Below are positions 49,698 through 62,805 of a DNA stretch of 64,000 nt, piece by piece. The DNA comes from Schizochytrium sp. TIO01 (taxonomy: Eukaryota > Protista > Bigyra: Labyrinthulomycetes). The DNA lies in NCBI GenBank assembly GCA_004764695.1, contig SMSO01000025.1:1860001-1924000 (forward strand). The letters are read 5' to 3'. Position numbers and translations under genes: made by a program. Every line of letters begins with the position of its first letter. Within the stretch, counting starts at the first letter, position 1. The notes under the pieces were generated by a model. It had not been told where the DNA came from and did no database searches. It was given only the letters and a program-made list of their open reading frames with translations.

Positions 49698-51120
49698 GAG
49701 CAACAGCAAGAAAGAAGAAAGAAGAACAACAAGAACAGCAATAAAGGAGCCTGGAAAGAACGAAAGAACGAAAGAACGAAGATGCCAGGAAAGCGAGGCT
49801 GGACCACTTTATAGAGCCATCGATCGAACAGTCAGTCACTCAGTCACTCAGTCATTCAGGCAGGCAGGCAGGCAGGCAGACGGTCACGAGCCTCGCTCTC
49901 TCCCTCTCCGTCTCCCAGAGGCCCGTGTCTGGCCTCCTCTCTGCCACCACCCGCGGCCGTACCCTCGCCACGCCACGCCACAAAGAGAGAGAGTCCGTGG
50001 CTCCACCGTCTTCTCTCTCTCTGTGTCTGTCTGTCTGTCTGTCTGTCTGTTAATAGAAGAAGCAAGGCACGGGCATGCGAGGAAAGAACGAGGCGGCGTG
50101 AGAACGGAACGTATTGCGCGCCCCAGATGCTGATACAGGAGACGCAGCGCCTGGCGTCTTCGCCCTGCGTCGCTCAAGGCTAATATGCTGGACTCGCCTG
50201 AGGGCAGCCATGTTTTCCCCAGTCTCCGCGGGGCCCTTCTCCAGCGCTGTATAAAGTTGTAGCGTTTTATACTGGACTTGCGGGGCCTCCGCTTCGCCTG
50301 TGAAGGAAGACCTGCTATGCTACTACTACTACCGCTACTGCTGCTACTCCTCTACTACTAGTAGCAGCTGCTTCGAAAACAGAACACGAGGAGGGAAACA
50401 AGGTGGGCGAGAAGAGCGTCGCATGAATGGAACAGAACAGGTCCTACAACATCGCATACTAGACATCTACGAGGGTATCTAGCTAGGTAGGTAGGCTACG
50501 TCACCTCACTCATTCAAGAAGAACGCATCGAAAGAGCTTTGCAAAAGAAAAGAAAGAAGTTCTCTCTAGCACCGCCTAGTCTCAAGGTAGGCCGACAAGA
50601 AAGACCTTCGGAACCCTTTTTTTTCTTCGCTAGTCTGATTGTCCTTTCCACGAAAACTCAAAAGTTCAACTCGAAAACATTTTGACCATTTTTATTTTGT
50701 TTTTAACACCAAGAAGGATATCTTTTTCTCTCTTTTTTTTTCTTTTTTTCTTTCTCTTTTCTAAATTAAAGCAATGCTATTATATACATAAATAAATTTA
50801 AATTAAAAAATAAAAAATACAATAATGTGATAATAGTAATAGGAAGCCTCCCTAAATCTTTAAGGTGTGCATAGAAACCAGTTACTATTACAGACCGCCG
50901 CAGCCTTTTCGAAGAGACGGCTGCGATCAACGCGTTGTTTGTTGAGGCGGCGGCGCTCGCGTGTTTCCGGCGGGATCTTCTTCTCGCAGACGCGTCCACG
51001 GCCCAGGCTCCTGCCGCTCCCCAGCCAGCGCCGTGGAGCGCCGGCCACGGCCACAGAGATCTGCGGCGTCGAGAGAACCTTGCGCCAACTCAGATCTTCT
51101 CTTCTTCTCTTCTTCTCTTC

Positions 51121-51202
51121 TTCATTCATTCATTCATTCATTCATTCATTCATTCATTCGTTTGTTTGTTTGTTTGTTTGTTTGTTTGTTTGTTTGTTTG
51201 TT
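51121..51202. repeat. Compound (TTCA)n-(TTTG)n microsatellite
   Basis: Read directly from the sequence. Confidence 0.95.
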
Positions 51203-51978
51203 CCCATTCTCCAAAGTATCTCTTTTTTTTTTTCTTTTCTTTTTCTTCTTCTTCTTCTTCTTCTTTCCTTTTCTCTGAGGATCTCCGTTCTCACCGCGCG
51301 TACGCAGAACGAAACAGCGGCCAGCCAGCTTGAAGCATGCGGCAGCGAGTGAAGATGACGACCGACGCCTTCGCTCACTCCGTCTCTCGGCCGGAGAGCA
51401 GGCCTGAGAGACGGTCTGCCACTGCCTGCGGCGATCGAAGTATCAGCGAAGGGGAGAACGCGGGTCGATCGACCGATCGCTCGAAGAGAGAAAAGGGAAA
51501 ACGAAAACATGATGGAGCTCACCTCCGCGCGGTCCCGTATCTACGCACCCCCCTCTCTCTCTGCTTGGCTGACTATCTACCTGTGTATCTATCTATCTAT
51601 GTATGTTCTATCTGTGTCGACGTAGTAGTTCTGTTCTCTCTACCTTTCAGCGTTCTCTTCAGCGCAGGAGGGAAAGCTTGGGCGTTCTTTCTCGCGTTCT
51701 CAGCAGAACAGAACGTGCACCGCAGTACAGTGCATGCACTGCGAAGCGCAGAGCTCGCAGTGCAGACGGCTCGAGCCTGAGCCTCCCTCAAGCGGGCATC
51801 TTCAGTGCGGCCAACACCTCTGAGCCGCCGCTCCTGGATAGGCAGGCAGCGAGACACCTAATCAGCCAGGCAGTCAGACAGTCAGACAGTCAGGCAGTCA
51901 GACAGTCAGTCAGTCAGACAGAGGGCAGGCATCATCAATGCACCAAACGCCCGCCCCAAGAACTCGCTCGCCCTCTTC

Positions 51979-51991
51979 CGCCGCTTTATAG
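51979..51991 (-). promoter_or_regulatory. TATA-box-like element CTATAAAGCGGCG, oriented toward the PX-AGC kinase gene
   Basis: Canonical TATAAAG in GC-rich context, identical to the 13-mer at 32355-32367. Confidence 0.35.
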
Positions 51992-54900
51992 GCGCCCAAG
52001 AGAAGACTGAGACTTGCGGAACCCGAATTCGACCACAACTCTGCAATGGCGTGCACCATGAGCACATATGCTGAGCGTCTTTGTTTGGTGAATCATGGAT
52101 GGATGAATATGATATGCGTGTGCCGCGGGAGTTCTTTCGCGGACCTATTCGTTCTGCTGCTCATGGCGGCTTTGGGAGCGACTAGTAGCTGGCTAGCTAC
52201 CGCTATCTATAGCTGTGGCTGATTGTTACTCAGGCAAGAACCCGAAGAACTCCGGATCGTGATACATTCGTTCGTCGATGCCCAAATCACGGTTCTTCGC
52301 TGCGACAGACGAGGGAAGCCTTCGACGGCTGTCTTGTGCCCTTGTTCGAGTGGGTCTGCCTGCACGTTCGTCGGGTTCTTCCCCGTTTCCCGCCATTACG
52401 CGCCGACGATGAGCCAGTTCTGCGAGGTTTTCGCTCGTTTTCTAGCTACAGCTAGGTACAGCACAAGTGCGTGCTTCTTTGATGGCTCATCCCTCCAGCA
52501 GCTCTTTCTTTCAGAGGGCGTTGACTCCCTGCCTGCCTGCCTGGCTGCGTCTTCTTCGTAGCGCCGGTCTCTGCCTGTGCAGCGAGTCGTTGAGGTTCTC
52601 GCGCTCAGCATTGGAGAAGATAAGATCATCTTGTCTCAGTTTGCTCTGTTGCTGACTGACTCTGTCAATGAAAAGCAGTTCTCCCCACAGAGAACGCGCA
52701 TGACACCGAGTCTGGTGCTGCGCCTCGGCTGGCTCGAGCCAGTTGGTTGTTTTGTTTCTCTCTTCTTTTTTCTTTTATTTATTTATGAAAAATTAAAAGT
52801 TTACTTATTTTTATAAGACGGCTATCATCGATGGTGTGTTTTTTCTTTTCTTTCTTTCTTATGACTTTGAAAACTTAACACTAAAAACCACCACGAGGGA
52901 GGACAGCGATAAATAGCAGTATGTATGCTCAGAATGCGCAGATGATGGCACATCGAAGTTGACGCCGGAAAGGCGATAGGCTGGTGGTACAGATCAATCA
53001 GGCGGCTTGAAGAGCGAGGGCGCCGAACGGTCATCGATGCGTAAATCTGCCGGTGTAAAGCCGCGGCACCTTTGCAGCGAAGAAGACAGCTGAAAGAAAG
53101 CGAATGGTCACTCCTCATCATAGGCGCCTCAGTTTGTTCATGTTCTCTGTTGTTAAAGATTATTTTTAAAATAAATAATCATAAGAGAGAAAGAAAGAAA
53201 GGAAACCATGAAACGATCGATGGAGGCACTTCTTCACCCTGCGAACTCGCTCGCTCGCTCGCTCGCTCGCTCAGTCAGCGGCGCCTGCTTCTTGGAACAC
53301 ATAGCCGGTGAGTGCAATGCCGCCTCCCTTCTGCAGCACCACAGTGCGAGCTCGAAGACCTTGTGCACTCAGCAAGTAAGCAAGCAAGCAGCCTGGCTCC
53401 TGAGGAAGGCGAGATAATGTACCAGCTACTCCAGCCAGAGAGCGCCTTCAAGTTGAAGATCGATCGCCGTCACCGTGGTTTCCGCAAACCTAGCAAGGGC
53501 GAGGCCTCTTCCCGTTCAAGCAGCCCACCCTCGCTCTGGCCCTCGGCACCGCGTTCTCGTGGACCAGGGCCGTCCTTTCTTTCATGCATGGTAACGTACC
53601 TTCGAGCGTACGTGCTCATTACTCCAACTTGAAGCGGCACCGCAGTTTTGCAGTCGAGGTCCACTGCAATGATGCAGTGCTGATTATGAGGAGTGGAGGA
53701 ATCTGTTACGTACTTCCACTCCGCTCAACTTGAAGGAAGGCAGTCAGTCAGTCAGTCAGTCAGTCTGACAGACTGACTTCGCTAGCTGTAGCTGTACTTT
53801 CTGGCGCTTGCAATTCATGAACGAAGTAGGTACTACGCATGGACTTGGACCCTGAAGATTTCTGGCATCTGCGAGACTTTGATGATCGTGGTGCGAGAAA
53901 CTGCTAAAGCGAGCTCTTCTGCAGTTTGCGACCTAGTCGATCGATCGAGCGAGCGAGCGAGCTCACTTGCACAAGTCGGGCGCAGCGCATGCACATGCAT
54001 TCGTTCTCTGCAGATAGCGTTGCTGATCCTTCGAGGCGCTGAGCTCTGACTGCTTCGTTTAGTACACACCGAACTGCAGACTCACTCACTCACTTCCTTT
54101 TCTTAGAATTGTTTGTTGTTGCTGCCTTTTGCGAAATAATAGAGAGAGAGGAGAAATTAGCTTGTGCACAACTAAGCTCGGTTCGATGATAATTTAATGC
54201 ACGACGAGTTAAACGTCGCGTTGCTTCCAGTCTGCACAAATGATGAATTAGTTATCCAGTTGACGACGACAACGTGCTCTAATGATCAAGCCTGAACCGA
54301 ATGGCGATTCGGGGTGGGAGCTTCGAGGTTGCTCTCGCGCAATTTCACTCCTAAAAGATAGACACCGAAAAGGTTAGAAGAAAAGGAAAAGTTATAAACA
54401 CGGGACATGATATCATCGTCTCTACTGACTAGTTCCATTAGTATCTCGAGGTGGCTGAATGGTAGTACGCAATAAAAGAGGTCTCTCACCATTCAGATAC
54501 CAACAGTAGTACCCACCTACCAATTGACTATTGACTACTGACTATTGACTCAGAAAGAAAGAAAGAAAGAAAGAATGAAAGAATGAAGGCAAAAGCAAAC
54601 TCGTCACTCTGACGCCCTCAGTGATTCTCTGTATGAGAACGCAAAAGAAGCACGCAAAGGAATCAAGGAAAAGCTGTCTGCCAGACCGTGCTAATAAGTA
54701 TTGATTGTTAGCTCAGCTTGCAGGCTGCAGCTTGCACAGCTGTTCTATTGCTTGTGGGAAATTGAAACATGTCTGAATCCCTTCTCGAGGTGGTAGTTCT
54801 CAGTGGGGACCCTTCAAATTGGTAACTGTGATCGTGGTAATTCGTAGCAGGTAGTAAGAGCAGGTAGTACGACGGCGGTGTTGGCATCTCTTATTAGGAC

Positions 54901-55785
54901 TTCAAAGCATGACTTTTTAATTATTAATTATTTATTTCTTTTATTTTTAATGAGGTGGCAGGCAGGCAACTTCTATTAATTTTAGTTTTAAAAGCAAAAT
55001 AAAATAAAATAAAATAAAAATGCAAATGCGAATGTCGAACTCTGGAGGCTAAATATCCGGAGAGGCTGCCGCTGACACCGCGCAGAAGCTGTGCAGGCAA
55101 GGTCCTCCACGGTCGTCGTTCTAGCCGCAGTCATCTCACCTCGTCCCATGAGATGTGACCAACACGAGAGCGCGAAGAAGTCCAAGCTGGCTAATTTCAG
55201 GCCACACCGATGCTTCTTTCCCAACAATGCCAGGAAATGCCAAGAAGATACGAGGTAACGCAGGGAACGAATTGATGGACGGATGCGATGCGAATCATGA
55301 GAGGAAGCGGAATCGTGTGGTTACAAAATGAATCAAATCAAACGAATTGAGTAGTAAACTTCACATTCGACGAGTGAGTGAGTAGGCCGCACTTACTTCC
55401 TTACTTACCTCCTTCCCTAGCTAAGTACTATTATGCGTCAGTAACCCATGGAGATCGATCAATTAGCATGTCAACAAGGAAGCTTCTATAAGGTGAGCAA
55501 ACGAATGAATGGCGGATATTGAGTGCTTAGATCGAAAGAAAGAAAGAAAGCGATAAATGATCGATTGAATGATCGATTGAATGATTGAATGAATGAATGA
55601 ATGAATGAATTATTGAATGGAGGAAGAAGACGACAGTGAGGTTGTTGCTTCCATGGGATGGGTGTTCGTTCGTTCGATCGCACGCGAGGACAAAGGGACG
55701 CTTTAAAGATCGGCCTCGTCGCCTTTGGGTTGCAGCGGAGATGACGGCGTGCGTGTTCCTTCCTGCATGTGCACGAGACTCAACC

Positions 55786-55843
55786 CATTCCTTCATTCCT
55801 TCATTCCTTCATTCCTTCATTCCTTCATTCCTTCATTCCTTCA
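55786..55843. repeat. (CATTCCTT)7 octamer repeat
   Basis: Read directly; it is an alternation of two tetramers. Confidence 0.92.
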
Positions 55844-57496
55844 CGCGACCCGTGCACACGCCTCTCTGGGAGCATAGTCGGTCTCAGGGGACAGTGCGTG
55901 CCTGTGCTTTCTTGCCTCTCTCCTCTCTAGCTAGAGTGCTGAGGCGATTTCGTACAAACACTTGTACGGAATTCTCGCAAAGCAGCTCTTGGAGGGAGGC
56001 GACAAATGGTAAGTAGATCAATGAGTGAATGTGATTGATTAATTAATTAATTAGGAGGTTTCAGTTGCCTGCAAGACCCTGCTGGGACAGCTAGCTAGCT
56101 GCCTAGGTACTCCCTTCATCACACGAGACAGAGCGGTGTCGCAAAGATGGCTGCCTCGTTTGCAGCGCTGAGCAATAAAATTGGTTCCTCGCAAATCTAG
56201 CTAGTACTCTTATTCGCTTTTTACTGAGATGTATATGTATGTATGTATGGGTATGTGAAAAAAGGCGTGGAAACTGTTCCTTCATCTCCACCCCACAGGG
56301 AGAAGAACGGGAAAAGAACGCTGCTGCTGCTGCTGCTATGGGCACTGTTAGAAAAACGAATAGGAGGAGGTTGCGGCGCGATCGTGGCGGGCCAGCGCAC
56401 CAGACAGAAGCAGCCCGCCTTTCTGTACATCGAGATTCGTGAAGTTCTGGCGCTGGCCAGCAGACCTCTTCCTGGAATGACTTCGCAACCAGCCTCAGCT
56501 GCCTGGCCGGCCTGCCTCTGCCCTTGGCCGAGGCCACCAAACTCGCCTCCGTCGTCCAAGCATCGCACCAAGGACGACTCTGTTGACGATTCTTGAGGAC
56601 GCGCGCCTATAAAAATGCGACCATCGCATCGACAATGGTGGTGGAAATACTTTCTTTTTTCTCTTTTTTCGTCTTTTTCTTTTTCTTTCTCAGTAGGAGT
56701 CAGTAGTTCGCACCTAGCTACGACTGCGAGATTTGTGGTGATCAATGATGAAATCGTGGTTTTTCTTCTTTATTTCGTTCCCTTTTACAACTTTCTTCTT
56801 TGAAGAAAAAAAGTCTTTGAAGTGTTCTGTTCTAAAGTATGTAGGTACTGAACTGTCGTAAGGTGAACTAGGTGCTCGGTGTAATTGCACTAATGGGTGC
56901 TCAGTGGTCTGCAACGGTTGCTTGAACTTGCAGGGGCAAAGAATTATCCGAGGAAACGCGGGATTTTGCCTCAGAAAGGCGTCCTCGTGCCTTCTTTTGT
57001 AGCCATGATATTTCGCGCATCAACGTACTTCGTTGGCATCATACTTACTTTTCGAATACCCGATACTTGGTGAATTTTCCCTTTCCAACGTTCGCTCAAG
57101 TCTCACCTTCCTATATTTTAGCCTAGAAGTCAATCTAGCGATGCTGACCAGTATAACTGACAGCTAAAGAGCCACCTAACCACCTAGAGGTAGGTACATT
57201 ATGTATCTATCTATCCATCATAGAAATCAGTTCTTCACTCCAAGGCAGCGAAAAACCGGGCTGCTTTCACTCTGCATCGTCAGTTGTCGTTTGGACTCCA
57301 TCAACGCAAGGAGATGGACGTTGATTGGGTGCCATTGCGCTGCTGCCGATGCGTCTCGTGCTTTCATAAATAAGTTGCCAAGCGGGTCGCTCGAACGTTG
57401 CAAACCTAGGCTCTGTCTGATCTAGTAATCGATATTCATTGCAGACCTACGTTCTTCGGGGGTCCTGATTTACCAGCGAACTGACTGAGACAGACT

Positions 57497-57537
<41 letters not shown>

Positions 57538-58245
57538 CCAATGTAATTGCCGCGCACAAGACGAACAACGGCAAGAGGGAGTCCGCCTTATGGGTCGTCT
57601 TCTGCAAGGTCTCGCGAACTCAAGATAGTAAAGTTGAAGGACGCGTTTAGGTCTTTGGGAAAGCGGTGCCTGGTTACAATTCATCCACGAGCGCAACCAA
57701 CCCCTCAAGACGCTAGAGCATCCAGAGGTGGTGCATGTAATGCTGTGATATCGGATCTTTCAGCGTCCATAGACTGTGATTGTGGGCAATCGGAGTGCTG
57801 TGTTCGAATCAAACTCGATGTCATAAACCCGCAGCGCACAGGCCTGAGGGGAACGAACCTGAAGCTGCTACTTTCATTTGGGCTTTCTGTTCTCTGGAAA
57901 GCCAGAAGCCCCAAACGCCCAGAAGAAGAAGATGATTGCCTTATTTGCACGGGTAACTTTCAACGCAGACGCGGTGGCTTGAGGGGGAGAGAGATGTGGT
58001 TGATTGGCGTTTGATGTTTCATAAGCAAGCAAAGGCGAGACATGACAATAAGGACGGAAACTCAGGCAGTTTGAAGGAAAGGAAGTCCTGATTGATATCT
58101 TTGAAGGCCTCTTTCTTTCCTTTGGATGGATAAAGAGTTCTCAAATTGTAATTTATATAAATTCATTCAAGCTCTATGTTCTTCTTCTTCTTCTTTTCAC
58201 GAGATTCAAAATTCACTAATGATGTTTTGTTCTTTCTTTCTTTTT

Positions 58246-58278
<33 letters not shown>

Positions 58279-61200
58279 TAACATAACATTATCGCTCATG
58301 TACATGGATAGCTCTTGTCTTCTTCTAATTAACATCATAATGATACCACCCAACTAAAATTCAACCCACTTCGATAGTCTGAGGCAACTTATATTCCAAG
58401 AAACTCTCGGCGTGGGTAAAGCTCAAGGCAAAACAACCATCAGTAATCATAATTCTCTGGAGAAGGTAGGTACTTCCTTCTCTCTAATAAGAGTGCTGTC
58501 GTCGTCACGTCGAACTCTGGAAAGATATTTTTATAAATCTTTTTGCTAATTAATTTAAAAAACATTTTTTTTTTAAATGATAAAATAGTTTTTTCCTGGT
58601 AGTATTTTTTTTTTTTAATGACAAACTTAGGGGAAATTGATAATGCTGGTAAACAGACGTCCATGAGTTGGCGTGCGTTGTCAGATCTCAAGATCCAACA
58701 TTTCCGTCGAACGCGGCTTCAGCTCCAGCCGCCTAAGCCCACGCATCGTGCATCGATAATGCACTGCACGCTCGAGGTTCTCGAGGAATCAGACTGTCTC
58801 ATCCAAGAACTCGAAGCGACCCACCCCCAAAGTCAAATGCTCGGACTGAAGGTTTTCAGACTACCCATCCCTTGACCAAGATTACACACAGATAGATCCA
58901 TAATTGATCTGCTCTATGCGACCATGGCGATGGCGAAGTTCAAGTTGATGATGTAGATCGACGACGATGCCCTCGAGGTGGACTTGAACTTGACACGGCA
59001 CACACACATCAGGATCAAAGACAAGATAAGGAATTTAAGTTGCTGCTGCTGCTGCTGCTGCTCGTCGCGGAGGCCAGCCACGGGAACTGGAGGAAACCCA
59101 GGAGGGAGGTCACCGCAGCTCGTGCCCGCTTTACTGTGCAGTCATTGTCCCCAAACCCAGCCACGAGCTCGCCTTGGCCGTGGCGGGAGCTGGCCGGGGA
59201 CTTGAAGGAGGAAGGGACCCAGGACCGTGCTGCTGCGCGGTTCTACTTCTGCGTTGACCTTCTCGCTCTTGTCCATGACAAAGCCGCTCTCTCCCTCTCT
59301 GACCTAGCCTCGGCAATCTTCGTCTCGCTCTCCAAAATCAGCATGTCCGACTGATTCGTGCGAGCTTCGCCACACCTTCGGGTTCTTGCCCCTGCGTTAG
59401 CTTGTGCCCATGAACAAGTTCTTGGAGAACATGGTCCTCGGCAGGTACAGCTCTCCTCAACGAAGCCCTTGGCAGCGGCATCGTCCACGACCGTCGTCGC
59501 CGCCGCTCTTGATGCACGCAAGCTCGTGATGAAAGGGTCCGTCTGCTCTGCCGCAACTTTGCAGGTTTGAATTTCAAACTAAACTTCGTGAGGTCAGCCT
59601 GGCTGGTCCTTCGCAGCAGACATGCACTAACTCTGTCGCCTCGTGGACCATTGTCGAATGGGCTCGCCACCGCCATGATCATCTCCAACGGCCTGCCGCA
59701 CGGACCCTCCGTCTCCGCGCACGTCTCAGAGATTCGCTATTTTGTTTCTTGGTTTGATTCCCTGTCTCGATTTGAAATCAGGCCTGGCGAAGCTGTCGCG
59801 GATCTGTGTTTAGATTGACTGACTGACTGACTTCGATCCCTCAGTTCGGGACTCGAATCGTGCGGAGACGCGGAGCGAGTGGACCGCCTTCGCTGCGCCT
59901 CCTCAGAGGCCCTCGGAATGGGCGCCACCGCGTAAGCCCTACGCATCGCCGGCGCCAGAATCGCGTTATGGACGCGGCCTCTTCGCGGCTTCGAAACAAT
60001 CAGACGCAAAGAAGATTTCTGTAATCCCTAGTTTTTTCAAAAATTAAGTGAAGTGCGGTATAATTAATTCCAAGGAAAGTTCGCCGCCTTTTGAGAGGCA
60101 GGCAGGCAAACTAACTAACTGTAAGACGCGCCTATGTATCTGTAGGAGGGTGGTACCACCTTGGTACAGTGTGTTTTCTTTTCTTTTCAAAAGGACCAAT
60201 CTTCCGCTTCATCGATCGCTGCGGAAAAGAACAGAACACCCCTGCCCGGACAAGTAAGTTCTTCTTCTGAGAGTCTGTTTAGTTTGTAAAAATAAATGAA
60301 TAAATAAGAATAAAAAGAAGCGCCGCCGCGTAAAAATTACCGATAAAGTTTTTTTAAGGCCCTCCCTTCCTCTCGGTAGTGCTAGCTTTAACCACTAAGC
60401 CCAGCTTACTGGAGACGCGCGTGTGGCGCCGCGTACAAGACCACGTGCAGCGCACACCTGCACCCGCGAGGGAGATGTCAGTGGGGACACATCCTTGGAG
60501 ACCAGTGGGGGAGATTCAGATCCGCCGCCGCGACGTCGTCGTTGGCGTCCTCTCTCTCTCTCTCTCTTTCTGGGCTATATATGCTATTCTATTTATGTAT
60601 GTATTCCAATTTTAAAACTCTACTTTGATTCTGCATTTTATTATATCTTCGACGAATGAGAGCGAAGAACAAAAGGAAAGAAAGTTGAGGTCTTCAGAAG
60701 AAATGAAAGAACTGAGAGAAATGAGAGAAATGGAACTCACAATGAAAGACAAAAAAAAAAAAAAAAAGTCGGAAGCGAGAGGAGACAGAGCGGATGTGTA
60801 CAGAGGACGAAGAGTGTCCTCCCTTTCTTCGAGACGCTGCGAGCGGATCCGCCAAAGTCTCGAACCCTCATCGTCGTCGTCGCCGCAGCCTTTGATGCGC
60901 ACCGCACCGTGCCAACCAACTCTCGCACGCCGCCGCAACTCCGTCTCTACGACGCTGGCCCAGATCCCGCCCCCCCCCCAGCATAGCCAGGCACCCACGC
61001 TCCACGAAGCAGCTCGCGCGGGTTGCCTTCGCCGGCAAAGATACCGCTGTCTTAGCATTCATCTTCATTCACTCATCCACTCATCTCCAAGGATAGACAG
61101 CGGAAGGTACGCAGGTCTGAATAAACCTGAAGCAACACCGCCGATGGGTCGGTGGGCCGCCAGAACTCCGGTCGATGGCCGCCAGAACTCTGATTCTGGC

Positions 61201-61717
61201 AGAGAGCCCAGCCGGACCTGCTGCTCAGCAGCCCTCAAGAAACGAGAAACCCGCGAGAGCCTTAAAGGCGCACTCACTCCTCGAGATCGCTAGTTAGCCG
61301 CCCAGCTAGGACCTACCTACTGGCCGCTACGCCCCCTCATGCTCTCACACTGCGCGAGTCGTATATTTGCGCACCCCCCACACACGCCTATACCTACCCG
61401 TGGCACCTGGGTGTGCGTCGCGCAGCAGACCTGTGTATTCTTTGGGCGAATTTGCGCAACCCCTTTTGGCCTCTTTGTCTTCCTTCTCCTTTGATAGAGT
61501 ATTTTATGTATGTACTATGTATGTCCCTACTTTGATCCTCTCAGGCACACACTGCGAAGAGAAGAAGGATCTTGAGAAGCCCATTCCATTCCATTCCATT
61601 CCATTATATATTCTACTCCATTCGTTGGGGCCTTCAGGTTGACAGCATGAAAGACTTGGCAAAAGGCGCAAGCTTATTTGGCAATGTGTCCATAGATAGA
61701 TGGATGATACATATTCG

Positions 61718-61835
61718 TGTATGTATGTATGTATGTATGTATGTATGTATGTATGTATGTATGTATGTATGTATGTATGTATGTATGTATGTATGTATGT
61801 ATGTATGTATGTATGTATGTATGTATGTATGTATG
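61718..61835. repeat. (ATGT)n microsatellite
   Basis: Perfect run of about 118 bp. Confidence 0.97.
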
Positions 61836-62805
61836 ATGCGCTTATATATGTATGTATAGCACAACTAATGAAAGGTTATTAATTCTCTTGTCCGCCTTTT
61901 GCCAGTACGAGTCAGACTCGAGTCTGCGAGGCAGCGCAGGACGCGGAAGTGGGCAGAATAATGAACGGAGGACGCTGTGGCACGCGGGGTGAGTACGAGG
62001 CGCCTTGGTCTCGAGACACTCGGTTTGTGGATTGGCAACAACGCGTAACGCCTCGAAATTCTCTCTAGCTCTACAGCTAGAGAGAGGGAAATGAGCACCT
62101 CGAAGAAATGAACGGGAAAACGTTTAGCGTAGCTGCGGCTATGCAACGGTTAGCAGAAGCCCCTGCTTGTCTTGAATTATAAGGATCCATGATGGCTCTC
62201 TTTTTTCTTTCTTTGCCTCTCTTGTTATTATGGCAATGGCGGTTAGAAATCGATAAATAAGAGCTATTGCTCTGTTCGTTCGTTCATTCATTCATTCGTT
62301 CATTCACCGTAGTTGGTTTGGAGCGGCCTTTGGGGGGGCAGATGTTATTGTTGCGAATTGGCTGCTAGAGGTAGGGATTATTTGTTATACTATCAGGGCG
62401 AGAAGACAGCTGCAGGTTTTGCAAAAGAAAGAGAAGAACGAGAAGCACTTCAAGGTATCTTTTTCAACAAGCTGGGAACTCCTTGCTGACTTTTGAAGAA
62501 ATTCATAAGCGCTATGGAAGTAGAGCAAAAAACGGAAGGTTTTGCTTTCTTTTCTTTTCTTTTCATTTCATTTCATTTCATTTCATTTCATCAGTTAACT
62601 TGTCCTGCTCTTTTATTTTTTTTTTTAAGCAAATAGGAGTACGTTTTAAAAGTTACTATTTTTTCATTTAAAAATAATTGCATTCCTTTTCTTTTCTTTT
62701 TTAATTAAATTAAGATTCATCGAAGGTAACCGATTTGCTCGAATATCCATTTTCTGCACAAGGTAATCTTCAATCTGCCAGGCCGACTCGGTCTGGGGAA
62801 AGCAG

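Noticed and set aside
60625-61293. 222-aa ORF
   Set aside because: Non-ATG start, poly-A-derived lysine run, low complexity and no recognisable domain.
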